A stretch of 64,000 nucleotides of DNA from Antedon mediterranea (lineage: Eukaryota > Animalia > Echinodermata): assembly GCF_964355755.1 (NCBI RefSeq), contig NC_092670.1, positions 176,201-240,200 on the forward strand, read 5' to 3'. How positions within the stretch are numbered: position 1 is the first letter of the stretch; every line of letters begins with the position of its first letter. Below are positions 50,611-64,000 of the stretch, piece after piece. The notes beneath the pieces were generated by a model. That model did no database searches and was not told where the DNA came from. It saw only the letters and a program-made list of their open reading frames with translations. The position numbers and the translations under genes are program-made.

Positions 50611-53600
50611 TTCATCACACAACATTGTGTTTTATAATAACCCATGGTTTTGTTTAAGAACAGTTGCGTACTAATGGATTCGGATGCGCAAAATTCTGGA
50701 AGCGTTTAAGTCGCAAAGATAACGGTCAAAATAACATTTGTCCCAGGTGTCTTGCGGTGAGAAAAAGCGCCTTTTTAATTTCTAAAACATTTCTTAGAAT
50801 CTGTGGTCGGTAATGTGAAATCTAATACATTGGTCAATGACAGGGGTACTACAGTTTACCCCAAGTTACGCTTGTGGAAAAATAGCTGAAAAATAGCTGT
50901 CTCATTGTGTGTTGTAAAGTAACTGTTATAATAACTGAAATGCTGCAATACAGTATTAAATTATTATAATACCTATCAACTATTTTTGTCTTTTAATAAT
51001 ACTTTGCCGTTTTGATTACATGACTAATAATTAATGACTAATTAATTACATTATTAATGACATATACATTTTATATTAGAGGATTTAGTGAGATTGAATA
51101 TCCCATTATTCAGCACATAATAATTGAATGAATTTAGGTTTGTTCGGATATCATTACATTCTTTCTAATTTTAATTTTTGTTTTATTCAATGCAAAAATG
51201 CATAAATATGATTGCATACTCAAAGCTATTGTACATCTATTGGCACCCATTTCAAAAAGAGAGACCCATATTAACATTATTTAAATGTTATTGGCAAAGA
51301 AACAATTATAAAACAGTTGACTACTTTCCGTTAACAAGTTCAAAGATCTGCAAATCATTGTGATTGTAAGTAATTAAGGACAAATATCAGTTTTGTTTTT
51401 TATCTTTTAACACAACATGTGTTCGTCATTTTTTACTTAACTACTTAAAGCAGAGCGTGTGCCCCTAGCGTGTACATCGATGGAAAGCATGATACATACA
51501 TCATTAACAACATGTCTGTAATTATTATCCACCCTGTTTAAAATATACCTTTTACGAACTACGTACACTCATGAAAGCCATTTTGCCGGTATGAAAAGAG
51601 AATTTTTTAAGGATCGTCCATTTTAGTAGAAACAGAAAATATATTGTATATCATAGGAATTTGAAGCAGAAAAAGGTGCATGTTAGCACTAATCCAGAAC
51701 ACTGTTTTAATGCAAGCCAATGAGGAGTATTCCTTGTGGATATAATAAGGATTTCCCTTACTAAGAAACAACAGCATTTAGGTGGGTTGTGTATAATTGG
51801 GCTGACATGAAAGTTTAATAGGTTAACAACATATTGTACATATTCCCCAACATCATAAGAATGTTCCTTTATGTTTCCCTACTCCTTCTGATAAGTTTCT
51901 ATGTTCACAAAGTTTATATTAGACGGTTTGATAGATAATCTTGTGTGAATGAGAGCCTAATAGAATGGTTAAATATGCTGTGTCAACAGCTAACTTTAGC
52001 ACCCTTTTGTCTTTCTCATTATTAAGTTAGTTTTTTGCATGTTTAGTTATACTATCAAAATAGATATCAGGTATGATTGTGTATTGTTCAATTTGACCTT
52101 TTTGGGTCATTGTTCCAAGATTTTGACAGGAGTGATGGTGCAGTTTTCGAGGTTCCCTATTGGGCGTTACTCATCGATTCTGATTCGGGCCATGAGAGTT
52201 GGTTAGAACGGTGCCTTGCACATTTCACCTGTATTCTTCAATCGCTTCAATTTAGGTAGTAATGGTGTTAATTAAAAACAAGTCCCATTAGGATGTCACA
52301 TAATTAAAAGCCTTTAACAATCCAGCATTGTCACAGGTTTGAAGAAGTTCTCAGAAATGTCCTCACATTGAATTGAAAGTAGACTATAAATTGTTTAGTT
52401 TATTTTATATTTAGATATTAGCTATGCCTGACCGTCATTTTAAGTATTTTATAATTAATGTTACTACAATGAAATACTGTACCAGTAGTATACAGTATTC
52501 TATAAAGTAGGAACCGTATTAAACTAGAAGAGTAAGTTCATACATGCTGGTAGATAAACTTTGAGATACTTTTTTTTTTTCCCAAAAGTTTGAAGCTCAG
52601 CTATATAATAGTCATCACAAACTAAGATTGATACAGTATGTTTAATATTATAACCCTTGATGAGACACTGGTTTTCATGACCTAAATTTAAGCACAAAGT
52701 TTTACTAAATACAACACATTTCCATAAATTTTTTTAATTAATTTAATTATGCTTTGTACATGACGTTCTTAATCATACAACTTTGTATTGTGAAATTCTT
52801 TTACTCTTAGATTTTGACATTATAAATTAATTAACTTGCATTGAAAGAAATTTGAAAATTATCGTGTCAAATTTAAATGATAAAAGTCTTAAAGAGGAAA
52901 ATATGAATAATTGTAAAGAAAGTAAAATTACAAATATATGAGAAATTTAACAACTTTTCTCTGATAATTTCCTAATGAAATTAAGCTTTTTTATTCAAAA
53001 GTAGATTGCAATTCCATATGGACTCTATAAAACATGTGTAAAATATGAGGAGATTTTTTTGTGATTATTTCCTAATAAAATTATTAAATTTATTAAAGTT
53101 GTTCGTAATTCCATATGGACATGAGGAAGAATTGTTGATATATAAAGCATTGGTTTCTGAATGACTCAATGGTGATTGTATAGGTTGTGCCGTGTTTCAG
53201 TAGTTTCCCAGTTAACATTATTTCCATGCCCCTTTTTTTTATGAGTCAATGTTGCTCATACACGCTTTATGAATTGTTCCCTCGCTATAACATTTCAAAT
53301 GGACACTAAGCCACGGTGCAGTTAGCTGTCATTTGCCCAGAATATCTGACAGCTAGCCAATAGCAAACTTCAGACATTTTTTCCCACGATTCTACAAAGT
53401 AAATTTAGTTTGTAGACAGCAATAGAAAATTCACTTTGAATTGTAGAAATTACTATGTGCCACAAATAGAATAAAGATTGCTCCAAAATTGTCTGTTTCA
53501 TCTTGGCATATGATTTGTCTGTAACACATCAATGTAGCTTGTTTAATAACAATAGCTTTTAGTAATTTTTATATTATTATAATTATTGATTTATTAAATT

Positions 53601-53979
53601 ATTTATATGTTTATCAATTGTTTAATTTTCTTACTCTGTGAAATTTTAAATTGTTATCAGCAATTTAGTTTTAACTTAAAATTATTATAAATTTGGATCT
53701 GAGAGCGCACTGTCTTTTATTGCCCAATTTGAAATAATAAATGAATATGACATTAAAAAAACAAATCAATGTTCAAAAGATTGAACAGTAATTGAGTGAT
53801 TATTGTATGCAAACCCATTTGTTTGATGTTTTGCCAGCCTAGGAAGCATAAAATGGAATAAATAAAAGTCATAGTTTGATCAAAATTTGAGTTAAAAAAT
53901 GATTTTGCCGGTCTATGCGGACTATAGGAATTATACAGAGGAAATTAGTTCTTATTTGAAATGTAAATGTTAGTTGTAT

Positions 53980-54005
53980 CATAGAGATATTATAATATCT
54001 CTATG
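53980..54005. mobile_element. 26-bp perfect palindrome between 7-bp direct repeats; probable P-superfamily excision footprint
   Basis: gttgtat | catagagatatta-taatatctctatg | gttgtat. The CATAG...CTATG termini fit the CANRG termini of P elements. Confidence 0.6.
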
Positions 54006-55374
54006 GTTGTATTAGAAGTGAAACCAGATTACAAATGTATGGAGTTTGTAATTCCCTACAGAGCTGTACCTGGAACATAGGAATCATGTACATCATGTTG
54101 TATTAGGTCAGTTAGGCCTACTGTATGTTATAAGCTTTAAAGACATATGTGCCTAAAGTAAACAATTACAGTAATGACCAATAATTATCATTGTCCAGGC
54201 TGTCCTTAGCCATGAAAAACAGCACATTATAACATACATTTTGGAATGTTTATCAGAAGGAAATATGTTTATGTGTTGTCATGTTTATATTCCATCGAGG
54301 GTGTGTTTTTATAAGCATGTGTAGACTCGTGTCTAGCTTTCATATTTACATTTTGGTGTGTCGTGATTGATGATATTCTACCGGCGGCTTGAGGTTTGGT
54401 GCTATAATGTCTCTTTCAACACATTTGCAAAAATCTAGCATTTGTCATTATTAATTCAGTCAATTTGTTTCAATTTTAAAATAGATATAATGTGAAGTAA
54501 GGCTCGTAAATAAATTGCATAGGACACAAATCTCTGTTTTTAATTTATTTTAAAAAGAATGGACAATTGTATACAACTTTTAAATCTCTTTCAAAGACTT
54601 AAAATTACAATTTTTTTAAAGTAGAGACTTAATTACACCATCATCTACTTTCCGGCACTCACTCTTAAAGTTGCTATTTTTACTTTCATTTTTATTGCAG
54701 GTTTTAAAGCACCCATTTGCCAAATGTATCTGTTATCACACTCTACAAAAATCATATATAATAGGTTAGTTTTGCTTCATTGCACTGAGTGTTTGTTTAA
54801 GTTTGCAACTTGTTATTTTTGCTTAGCATTTTTACTTAATAATAGTTGGACCTTATTTGTTTCAAACCCACTTTGGTTCTGATATCACTACAAGCCATAT
54901 TTTTTCTCTCCCCTTCAAAGGTTGAAGTTGTTATTTTTACTCATTCTCTTTTTATTCATTTGGATAAGAATAAACAACCTTTTATCTTGTTTTTCAATAC
55001 TTTTATTTTCATTCTTAAGCCTGTACATATCTTAAGTTACCGGTATCAAACCACTACAAGTAGTTGCCGTCATTGTAAACTTTTTATTATTTATTGAAAG
55101 CGGCGTTTTATGCCCTTTTATTACTTATGTAACTTGATATTTTTCTCTTCCTAAATAGCCAACGGATAAGTTCCTGTTTAGTACCGAGTTTATAATTTGA
55201 AAAGAGACTTTAGCGTTCAAGTAATGAAAGCAACACTTGTTCTAATCGTGCGTTTGTTGACTTTTCTTAAAGTGTGTCATTTGGAATTTGTACGTTTGTA
55301 CATTTTAACACTTTTTAAGTTCAATGTTTCCTACTAATTTTTTTAGATACAATTTTTCCAGTGACCAGTCTTTA

Positions 55375-55528
55375 AGCTCTGTCTACACTATCAAATTTTA
55401 TATAACAAAATAATGTGATTTGTCCATATATGTACATGATGATGTCATATCACTACCATATTTGGCCATATCATTTTGGGCACATCACACTTTTCTGTCA
55501 AACTAGTTTGATTAGTGTAGACAGAACT
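55375..55528. mobile_element. PIF/Harbinger (Tourist-like) MITE, copy 1
   Basis: TIRs agctctgtctacacta / tagtgtagacagaact with TTA TSD. Homologous to the copies at 58645 and 50509. Confidence 0.85.
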
Positions 55529-57417
55529 TTAGTAATTCTGTCTGCTTATTATGGAATTTTGAGGACGACTTATTAAATTTGTGAACTTTTTTAAATGTAT
55601 AGATTAAGACATTTTAAATTGAGTCATGTTAGACCATTGAAACACTTGAAAGCAATCACCTTGTGTTTTAAGTATAATACCTGGCAGCAACACCTGCATG
55701 TATTGATTTAAGACTTAAAAACAACACCCTATTGTCAAATGTGTACCCCAACAATACCACCTAATCGAAGAAACATTCCAAATCACAGATGTAACAAAAA
55801 GGGTGTGAATTAGCTTGTTAAAAAGACCTTGCTTACCATAACCACTATACACAAGTCTACTGAGAATCATGAACTGTAAGAAAATACAATACTAGAGTAG
55901 GACCTCCTTATATCCACTTACCAATGTTGTACCACCTCCATTGTTGTTGTACTCACTATTAATATTAGACATCCAATATTTGAATATTAAAATTTAGTTA
56001 AAAAATTATATAAAAGTAGCAAACTGAATTTATCTTCAAGACATTAAAGAAATCAGAAAAAGAATTATGTTTTGCTAATAATACACAGTAATATATGAAT
56101 TTAGCCCTTTTGTGTGCCTTCAATGAGCCTGTTTTCAACTAGAATTTGGACATTGTGCTACTCTATCAAATATGTGCAGTTTCCTGCCAACTTGTTTGAG
56201 GTACAAAAGGGCTCATGAAATCAAGAGAACTAATTTTTTTATTCATTTCGGATTGGTTGCGCCTTTTTTCACATTATCAAAGTAGAAACTGTTGAACTAG
56301 TAATTTCGCTGAAGTAAAAACTGAAACTTGAAAGAACTCATCACCGAAGTGGCTTGGACTATGGACATACCTATGCTTTCAATTAGCCACAAACATGTAA
56401 AATAGTTATCAGATCAATAGAGATAGTTTCACAGAAAAAAAATGTGTCATGCATTATGTATAATGTCACCATGAGGTCACATTGAAATCTGTCTCATCAA
56501 TCAATGCCAATTATAACACCTCTTTTGAGGAGAAGATCATACTTTTTAGTATTCACAAAATGTATATTGCTGAATGAAGATTCTAACTTTGTTGACTGCT
56601 TGATTGATTGGAGTTGACTGTGTCTCTAACTTCTTAAGATCACAAGCTTATCTTTTCTGTTAATACTTCTAATATGTTTTATTTTAGTTCTATTATTTTC
56701 TGTGCTCTCAAGTGCATCGTGTTCAGTGTTATAACAGTTTAAGTTTGATTGATATATATTTTTTGAGATTTGTGAATTCCATTAAAGAATGGTTTTTGGC
56801 ATTTAAACTGTTCATATTTTTTAATAATTTAATATAAATAAATATGTAATTCACACTACAAAAAGGTGAAAGTTTTAAGGGTGAAATTAACATGTAAAGG
56901 TAAAGACAGTTCAATGTGGTTAGCATGGACTATAATTGGACACAGATTATAAAAAGCAATTTGATAGATAGGTTTAAAGGTGGAAATGAGGGCTTATTAC
57001 TAATGGTTTGATCCTGATTAGTACAAGGTGTTATGTGGGTTTGATTGGGGTGGTATTTGGCTATAGATACATAATAATACTGGGTGTTACATGTTTAATT
57101 GGGATGATGAATGTACAGTACTATCAAAATAGATACCATACTGTAGTCATAATAATCACATAATATATCATAATCCAATCATAAAAAGTATGATTCAATA
57201 TTTTGTAATTGTTATATTGAGTTTAAATAATTGTGGTTTTATATGGGATTATTTGGAGATAATGGGTTCTAGTTAATTGTAATGTAAGGCCATTTAAATA
57301 TTTACATATTCCATTTTAAATGTTCAGAAACTGTTTTTCACTTTTCACTCTATTCATCATTGAACTGTGAGTAGGCAATTGTTCATCAAATTGACACCTA
57401 CCAGCCTTTGTTTGCAT

Positions 57418-57505
57418 CCCAGGGGCGGTACAACCCCCAGGAGCAGTACAACCCCTAGGGGCAGTACAACCCCCAGGAGCAGTACAACCCCCAGGGGCGG
57501 TACAA
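57418..57505. repeat. 18-bp tandem repeat, about 5 copies
   Basis: Unit gtacaacccccagg(a/g)gc(a/g). Confidence 0.88.
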
Positions 57506-58644
57506 ACCTTCTCATCCGTTTGATTAGTCCATACTAAATGAACCTAGCACTATGATGGAGCAAGCGTGGAATGAATGAGTTAGCCCTCCATGGACTCAAC
57601 GAGAGGAAGTTTAGTATTTACTTTAAAACAATGCTTAAGTATATTCGCAAATATATCTAATTGTTACTATTAGTTTAAGCCTTTAATTGATTGACAGACA
57701 ACTATTAGTTTTTCTTTTGATGTTGTTTTCTTTTGTTTGCTTACCTCTTGTTTAAAAATATTTCTAAGTTTGATCGGCATTTGTCAAGTAGAGGAGCTAT
57801 ATTGTTCGAAAAGAACTAAATGAGATGTCTATAATATTTTGGAAACGTTTAGATTAGGAGTTATTGCAAATGACGGATGTTTGTGAAATCATTCATTTCT
57901 GTGGAATCTAATCATGGCGCCAAAAAATCACAATCCAAAAGACATTTGTCTAAACTTTTTTCTGATATAGTTGATAGATAATTCATATTTGTTTGTTTAT
58001 TGATGTAATTCCCTCCCTACCACTTTTTAGGATTTCTTGATCCTGATATAGTTCGATCTAATAACCTATTTGAACTTTTAAGTGAAAAATTGTTCCCACT
58101 GTTGGTGTAAATTAGATTCATATTTCTGATTAGCTCCAATTAACTTGGTTGACTTTTAGAATGGCTGTAACAGTTGCATTGAAACAACACTTTAAACTGT
58201 CCAATACAACCTTCACTTGTTTCATGATTTCCGAGACATAAATCAGATTACGAAACGTACTCATTATAGTTGAAAACTGTGTGTTTTTACGCGTTAAAAC
58301 CTGAATAATATTTATAACATATTACCGTAGTCAGCAATTATTGTTTTTCAAGAAAGAAGGAAAGAAATAATTACACTTATTTTGGCGTTAATACCATAAC
58401 ATAATGGTTACATTTGTCAGTATGTTCTCAAATCTAAAGAATGATATTTCAAGATTTAAACCATATTTTCTGAAGGATATCAAAATAATGTTTGGAATTC
58501 CATAGTTTGGAGGTTTTCTAAATCTGGCCAACTAACACACTTTTACAGATGTGAGTTTTAAAGAATTTTAATATCCTTAAATTGATATTTTATCATATAA
58601 ATTGATATGACTGAATATAATGAAAACAGCATTGATAGGCCTAA

Positions 58645-58802
58645 AGCTTGTCTACACTATCAAACTGTATGTGACAAAAAAATGTGATGTGCCTATATGG
58701 ATATGATGATGTCATATCACTACAATATTTGAGTATATCACTACCATATTTGGATACATCATACTTTTTTTGTCAAACTAGTTTGATAGTGTAGGCAGAG
58801 CT
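58645..58802. mobile_element. PIF/Harbinger (Tourist-like) MITE, copy 2
   Basis: Same TIRs and internal atgatgatgtcatatcactac core. Flanked by TAA / TTA. Confidence 0.82.
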
Positions 58803-59577
58803 TTAATAAAGCAAAGGCCTTTGTAAATACACACATTTCAGTGTGATCCTGAATAAACTTATTGTATTATATCAAGTGAACTTTAAAAACTAGACCTCGG
58901 GGTTTAATTTGTAACAAGTGGCCTCTATCCTTTGGAATTTTTTCCCCTTAAATATGGCGTTGTTTGTTGCAGATGATTTGGTGCTAATCAACTAAATATC
59001 ATTTATCAGTCATCTCTAGGGGACTACTTGACGCAACAACCTGGAACAACCTACGATTTATAAATAAATATTCAAGAGCGTTGCTGTATCATATGTAAAT
59101 ATTTGTTATTGAACTTATCAGAAATATGTATGAAAGAATATAGCAGACATGGTGCTCTCAGAACTCTGTTGGGAGTGTAAATGAGGCTCTGAAACAAATA
59201 AACTAGGTGGGTTATCAAGAATATAGGCACCTTTTGAACAATGATTGAAAGGACGTCAGACCACCATAATGTCATTTTAAAAGTTAATAACTCTGTGAAA
59301 TATTGATTTTAACATTAGTTTATTATTGTCTAGCAGACATAATGTATGCTCATTGAAGTGCTATCATGTTTTTAGAGAACTCTGTTTGAGTATCCAAGTC
59401 TTCATAGACTTGCGGACGGCGACATATTATGGGGCAAAGATGATAATCTTTTAGTTCCCTTTACAAGTTATGATTCAGTCTACTAACATGTATGTTTACC
59501 AAAAATAAATGTAAGCTAAGTTGTCCGTTGATCACATTTAGTCTCCTATTAATTATCGTTATTGTCCTCATTTGCTA

Positions 59578-59846
59578 GTCTGCATCATCACAGAGTTTGT
59601 TAGGCCTACATACATGAATTGAAATGCATCATGAACATTGAGAGGTCTGCATCATCACAGAGTTTGTTAGGCCTACATACATGAATTGAAATGCATCATG
59701 AACATTGAGAGGTCTGCATCATCACAGAGTTTGTTAGGCCTACATACATGAATTGAAATGCATCATGAACATTGAGAGGTCTGCATCATCACAGAGTTTG
59801 TTAGGCCTACATACATGAATTGAAATGCATCATGAACATTGAGAGG
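59578..59846. repeat. 67-bp tandem repeat x4, perfect
   Basis: Unit gtctgcatcatcacagagtttgttaggcctacatacatgaattgaaatgcatcatgaacattgagag. Confidence 0.95.
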
Positions 59847-61453
59847 ATAAATTCCTGGCAACTAATACACTCCATAAAATGCAACAGACACTTCTTTATG
59901 TTACTAATCATCCACATTATTAGATCATGTTACCACGGTTACTACTCCTCTTGTCAGCCTCCACTAGTTTATCTATCCTGATAAAGGGGTCAATCTTTAT
60001 GAGGCAATCTTGATTTCAAATTGCATAATTTAGTTTAATCCACCTGTTTTAAAGCAAAGGTGAGCAAACTTATCAAAGAATGTTTTGTTCCTGTAATTTT
60101 CAGGTGTTTTTGGATAAAATTGACAGAGAAGATGATTTAGATGTGTGGTAATTTCTATATTTGTAGTTTGACAACTTTGTGTATGTGGTATTCACTGGAG
60201 TTGATTGTTTCTGATTGATATTTATGGCAAGCATGTGTCCCAAGTGAATGTAGTATCACAAGTTAAATCAGGTACCATATACATAGTACTACTGTATAGT
60301 AGGCCTACAATGTATTGTAGTATCACATGCTAAATCATGGTACAGCAAATATACCATTTAGTACTACTGTACTAGTACAATGTATTGTATAGTAATAGTG
60401 TTCCATCCAGTTAATGAGCTGTTAGGGTTAGAATCAAATGTAATATTTATCCTTTTGCAATTTTGTTCTTAGAACCGTGTAAAAAGTTGTAAAAATGAAA
60501 ATGAAAGTAAATTGAATCCAGGAAAATGACAAATATAAAATAAATGGAGAGTTTCATGTTTACAAAAATAGAGTTGATGACGACATGATTGGTTTTTGTT
60601 AATCCTATCAAGATTATATCCTTATTATAGCAGATCAATATTGGACAGTTATAGTTATCTTGACAGGTTTGGAGCATAGAAATCATCAGAGACTGAACAT
60701 TTATTTCATTTCAATCTACGATGAAATAATTTAGATTCATCCTTGTCCTTTGATAAATCTATTTATGTTGTTTTCTTTCACGATATCCACTTCCAGATTC
60801 ATCTGAAAGAATGTCCGCATATCAAATATACATAATTACCCAACTGTTTTCCAAATATTGTCAACGGCAGGGAAGGGAAATCATAATCGGTTAGACCATT
60901 TGATAAGAGGTGAGTCGGCTCTTTCCAAACTCATTGCTGTTGATTCGTCTCATACAGCGATTTGTAAGAAGATGACAAACTCTATAGGTAATCTAATTGG
61001 CTTTAAACTTGATATGCAGTGAGCAGAATATGTACACAGCTTGCTCTATGAAGTTATCTGTAAGGAGCTACAGAACCGAGAAGGGCAATAAAATTAACCT
61101 CTCTGCACCCTCCAGTCAGTGGTAATATCTGTGCAATTACACACCATAGGACAGGACCTTATAGGTTCAATAGCATATTCATCATGCAAACCTTCTCAAT
61201 ATAAATTAGAACAAAAAAATTAAACAAACTATGTCCTGCTATTATAAAAGACAGTATTTATACTGTAGGCCTATTAATATGTATCTCACAATTAATTTTC
61301 TTCAGTTGATAACAACATAAGGAAAAGGAACAAATCGAAATGGAACAAACTGAAATTAAACTCTTAATTTCCCCACTGTATGTGCCTGTTTTATGATAAT
61401 AATGTGTGCAGTAATGAATGGGTTGTGAATACAAGTTGAATAAACTTGTAGAC

Positions 61454-61829
61454 CTAGAAGGGGTAGATGCTTCCCATCCTAACTATCATTGACACAACTC
61501 CCTCTAGAAGGGGTAGATACTGTACTTCCCATCCTAACTATCATTGACACAACTCCCTCTAGAAGGGGTAGATGCTTCCCATCCTAACTATCATTGACAC
61601 AACTCCCTCTAGAAGGGGTAGATACTGTACTTCCTATCCTAACTATCATTGACACAACTCCCTCTAGAAGGGGTAGATACTGTACTTCCCATCCTAACTA
61701 TCATTGACACAACTCCCTCTAGAAGGGGTAGATGCTGTACTTCCTATCCTAACTATCATTGACACAACTCCCTCTAGAAGGGGTAGATACTGTACTTCCT
61801 ATCCTAACTATCATTCACACAATTCCCTC
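61454..61829. repeat. About 50/55-bp tandem repeat x7
   Basis: Unit ctagaaggggtagatactgtacttcccatcctaactatcattgacacaactccct, with shorter variants. Confidence 0.93.
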
Positions 61830-63553
61830 AAGAATTTATGGGAAATTAGTAGGATTTTGAAAAGAGCAAATAATCCTTCCTATGTTTTCTTTGTAACATA
61901 GAACGACATCTTTAATATCATACAGTATCATTATCAATGAACTTTAGATCTCACTGGGCTGAGGCCCTAAGGCTGCAGCGAAAACCCCCACTTCATTTTA
62001 CATTTTGGCAAAATGTATATAAGGAATCGTCAAGTTAAACCTGATTTTACATATTCCAACAATGTTGATACTTTGAATTTTCCGAGATGGAGTAACGGGC
62101 CATCTGTGGTCATTTATTGCCATGTTAGGCTATTTTTATTGCTAATAAAGAAATGAAAACAAGGATAACATTATGAAAATGTATTTCAACAACATTAACA
62201 TCAATTCCTTCTCAACCTTTACTTATTTCTCCTTTTTTTTTAATTACTGCAAGACTACCTTTCTACTAATAATAAACCGTGTCATCTTGTATATATACCA
62301 GAATTCAAGGTTTTAGGTTCGAATCCAATCGCTTTCCAAAAACACGCAAAACAAGCTTTTCTGGATTTAGCAATTTAAACATGTTTTGGTTAAAAGTCAT
62401 TTTTTTCAAGGTTCATGTAATGATAATACTCCAATGAGGACATTGAATAGTGAAATCTATTTCTCTTGGGGAAAACATATGAGTCTGGGAAGGAAGTGTT
62501 GAGTACACACCCAGCACAACCCCCTATGGTTATAGTGCTGGCAGACAACATACACAAACTACATCAGCAATGATGTTTTATCTTATTTCAAATATTAACT
62601 AAATTTATTTACTATAAGAGAATAAACATATCAATGATTAAATACAGTAGTATTAGTTGCATTTAGGATACAAGTTTTAAAAGCAAGAATAATATAATTC
62701 TATAATTCTTTGTATTATGTATTTGGATTTAGGTAGAAAATACCATGACATTTATTAACAATCTATCCCAGATTTCACTTGACAAAATCAATACAAGTTC
62801 CTTTAAATGTGTTACAATGAAGTACATCTGGCAGTTCCTGACATATCTTATTTAACGTTGTAGTACATAGATATTAAGGGACAAATGATAGTCAGATTGT
62901 ATCCATTGTGAGAAAGTAAGTAGCATACCAAATGAGCAAAAAGTATGATTAATAACATCTGAAATCATGACAATTTGATATTCGTTTGCGAGGGAATAGG
63001 ATATTGACAAGATTCTGCTTCGAGGCACTAACGATAAAGTGAACAGAATCAAACTTTGTGAATATTCTTCATCGGTATAAGTTGCTGTCATCACTGGATT
63101 CTAAATGCTTGAAGGCTGATTAAAATTGATTTCAAAAACTAGGCATACCTCCTTAAGTTTTCTAATTGAAATAGATTTTTGGTAGGGTTGTCATTATGGG
63201 ATGGTTCATCTTAAAATCGATTGTGTAAAATTGGAGGGGAGTAAAGCGTTTTATTAAATTGTAGTTTTAACTTTTCTTTATAAATTTAATTAGTTTATAA
63301 CGCTCATAATGAATATCTGGTATGACTAAATTATATTACCACTTACTAGATATTTCTATTCTTTTGGGGATGACATTTTAGAGAGAATTGTAAACGTATT
63401 CACCCTTAAGTATCTATGATCCTTATCTAACCACTTTAAGTACCCGCCGGCTGAAGTTAAGAACGAATCTCACTGAGTGGTCGTAAGATGAAGATGCCAA
63501 TAACAACAGTATATGCATTAAGACTAGCACTTGATAGCAACAGATTGATAAAA

Positions 63554-63722
63554 TATGTCCCCCCTGCAGGGGCAAGGTATGTCCCCCCTGCAGGGGCAAG
63601 GTATGTCCCCCCTGCAGGGGCAAGGTATGTCCCCCCTGCAGGGGCAAGGTATGTCCCCCCTGCAGGGGCAAGGTATGTCCCCCCTGCAGGGGTAAGGTAT
63701 GTCCCCCCTGCAGGGGCAAGGT
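63554..63722. repeat. 24-bp GC-rich minisatellite x7 with an internal palindrome
   Basis: Unit tatgtcccccctgcaggggcaagg, containing cccctgcagggg. Confidence 0.95.
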
Positions 63723-64000
63723 CTCAGTTTGGGGGTTCTATATCTACCTTGAATTCCTTCTAAATCTTGATTTATTTGAAAGTCAAAATCAACAATTTAA
63801 AATGATGCTTGGTTAATGACTTACAGTAATTCAGCTAAAAAGAAAGTAGGGCGGAAGTAGCTGGTCATTTCTAGCCGTAAATTATTAAATTATGCTTGTA
63901 AAATGGTTGGCAACTAATACAAATTATACTTAATATTGAAGTATCCTGAAGAGTAATACTTTAATATCATATCAATCAATAGTGTGATAGATTTAGTTGC

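Noticed and set aside
62310-62335. tRNA-like B box ggttcgaatcc
   Set aside because: There is no A box or cloverleaf. At most it is a SINE fragment.
48108-64000. Netrin N-terminal (laminin VI and LE1) exons
   Set aside because: No matching coding sequence was seen. They most likely lie beyond the window, though a short exon could have been missed by eye.

Overview
AT-rich animal genomic DNA (spliceosomal GT-AG introns, TTAGGG motifs, typical invertebrate DNA transposons; an invertebrate deuterostome such as an echinoderm is a guess, not proven). Two protein-coding genes face each other tail-to-tail. On the + strand are the last two coding exons of syntaxin-8 (SNARE C-terminal half, 10435-10536; transmembrane anchor and stop, 15034-15101), which the ORF track misses. 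On the - strand are the last five coding exons of a netrin-1-type gene (LE2 47919-48107, LE3 35065-35214, Pro-rich linker 33657-33713, start of the NTR domain 28383-28451, rest of NTR and stop 25280-25593). The netrin 5' exon(s) and the upstream STX8 exons were not found and presumably lie outside the window. This convergent STX8-netrin pair, with matching exon boundaries, mirrors my recollection of the human NTN1-STX8 locus and suggests an ancient conserved regulatory block. The rest is intronic or intergenic DNA with non-autonomous transposons (hAT, Tigger-like, Tc2-like, Helitron, MULE-like foldback, Harbinger MITEs, SINE and LINE relics) and many unrelated local tandem repeats. It also holds a Penelope-like insertion with a degenerate hammerhead core, a probable P-element excision footprint and a dense E-box cluster. 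Most ORFs in the track are spurious. All family assignments come from reading the sequence and from memory; no searches were run.
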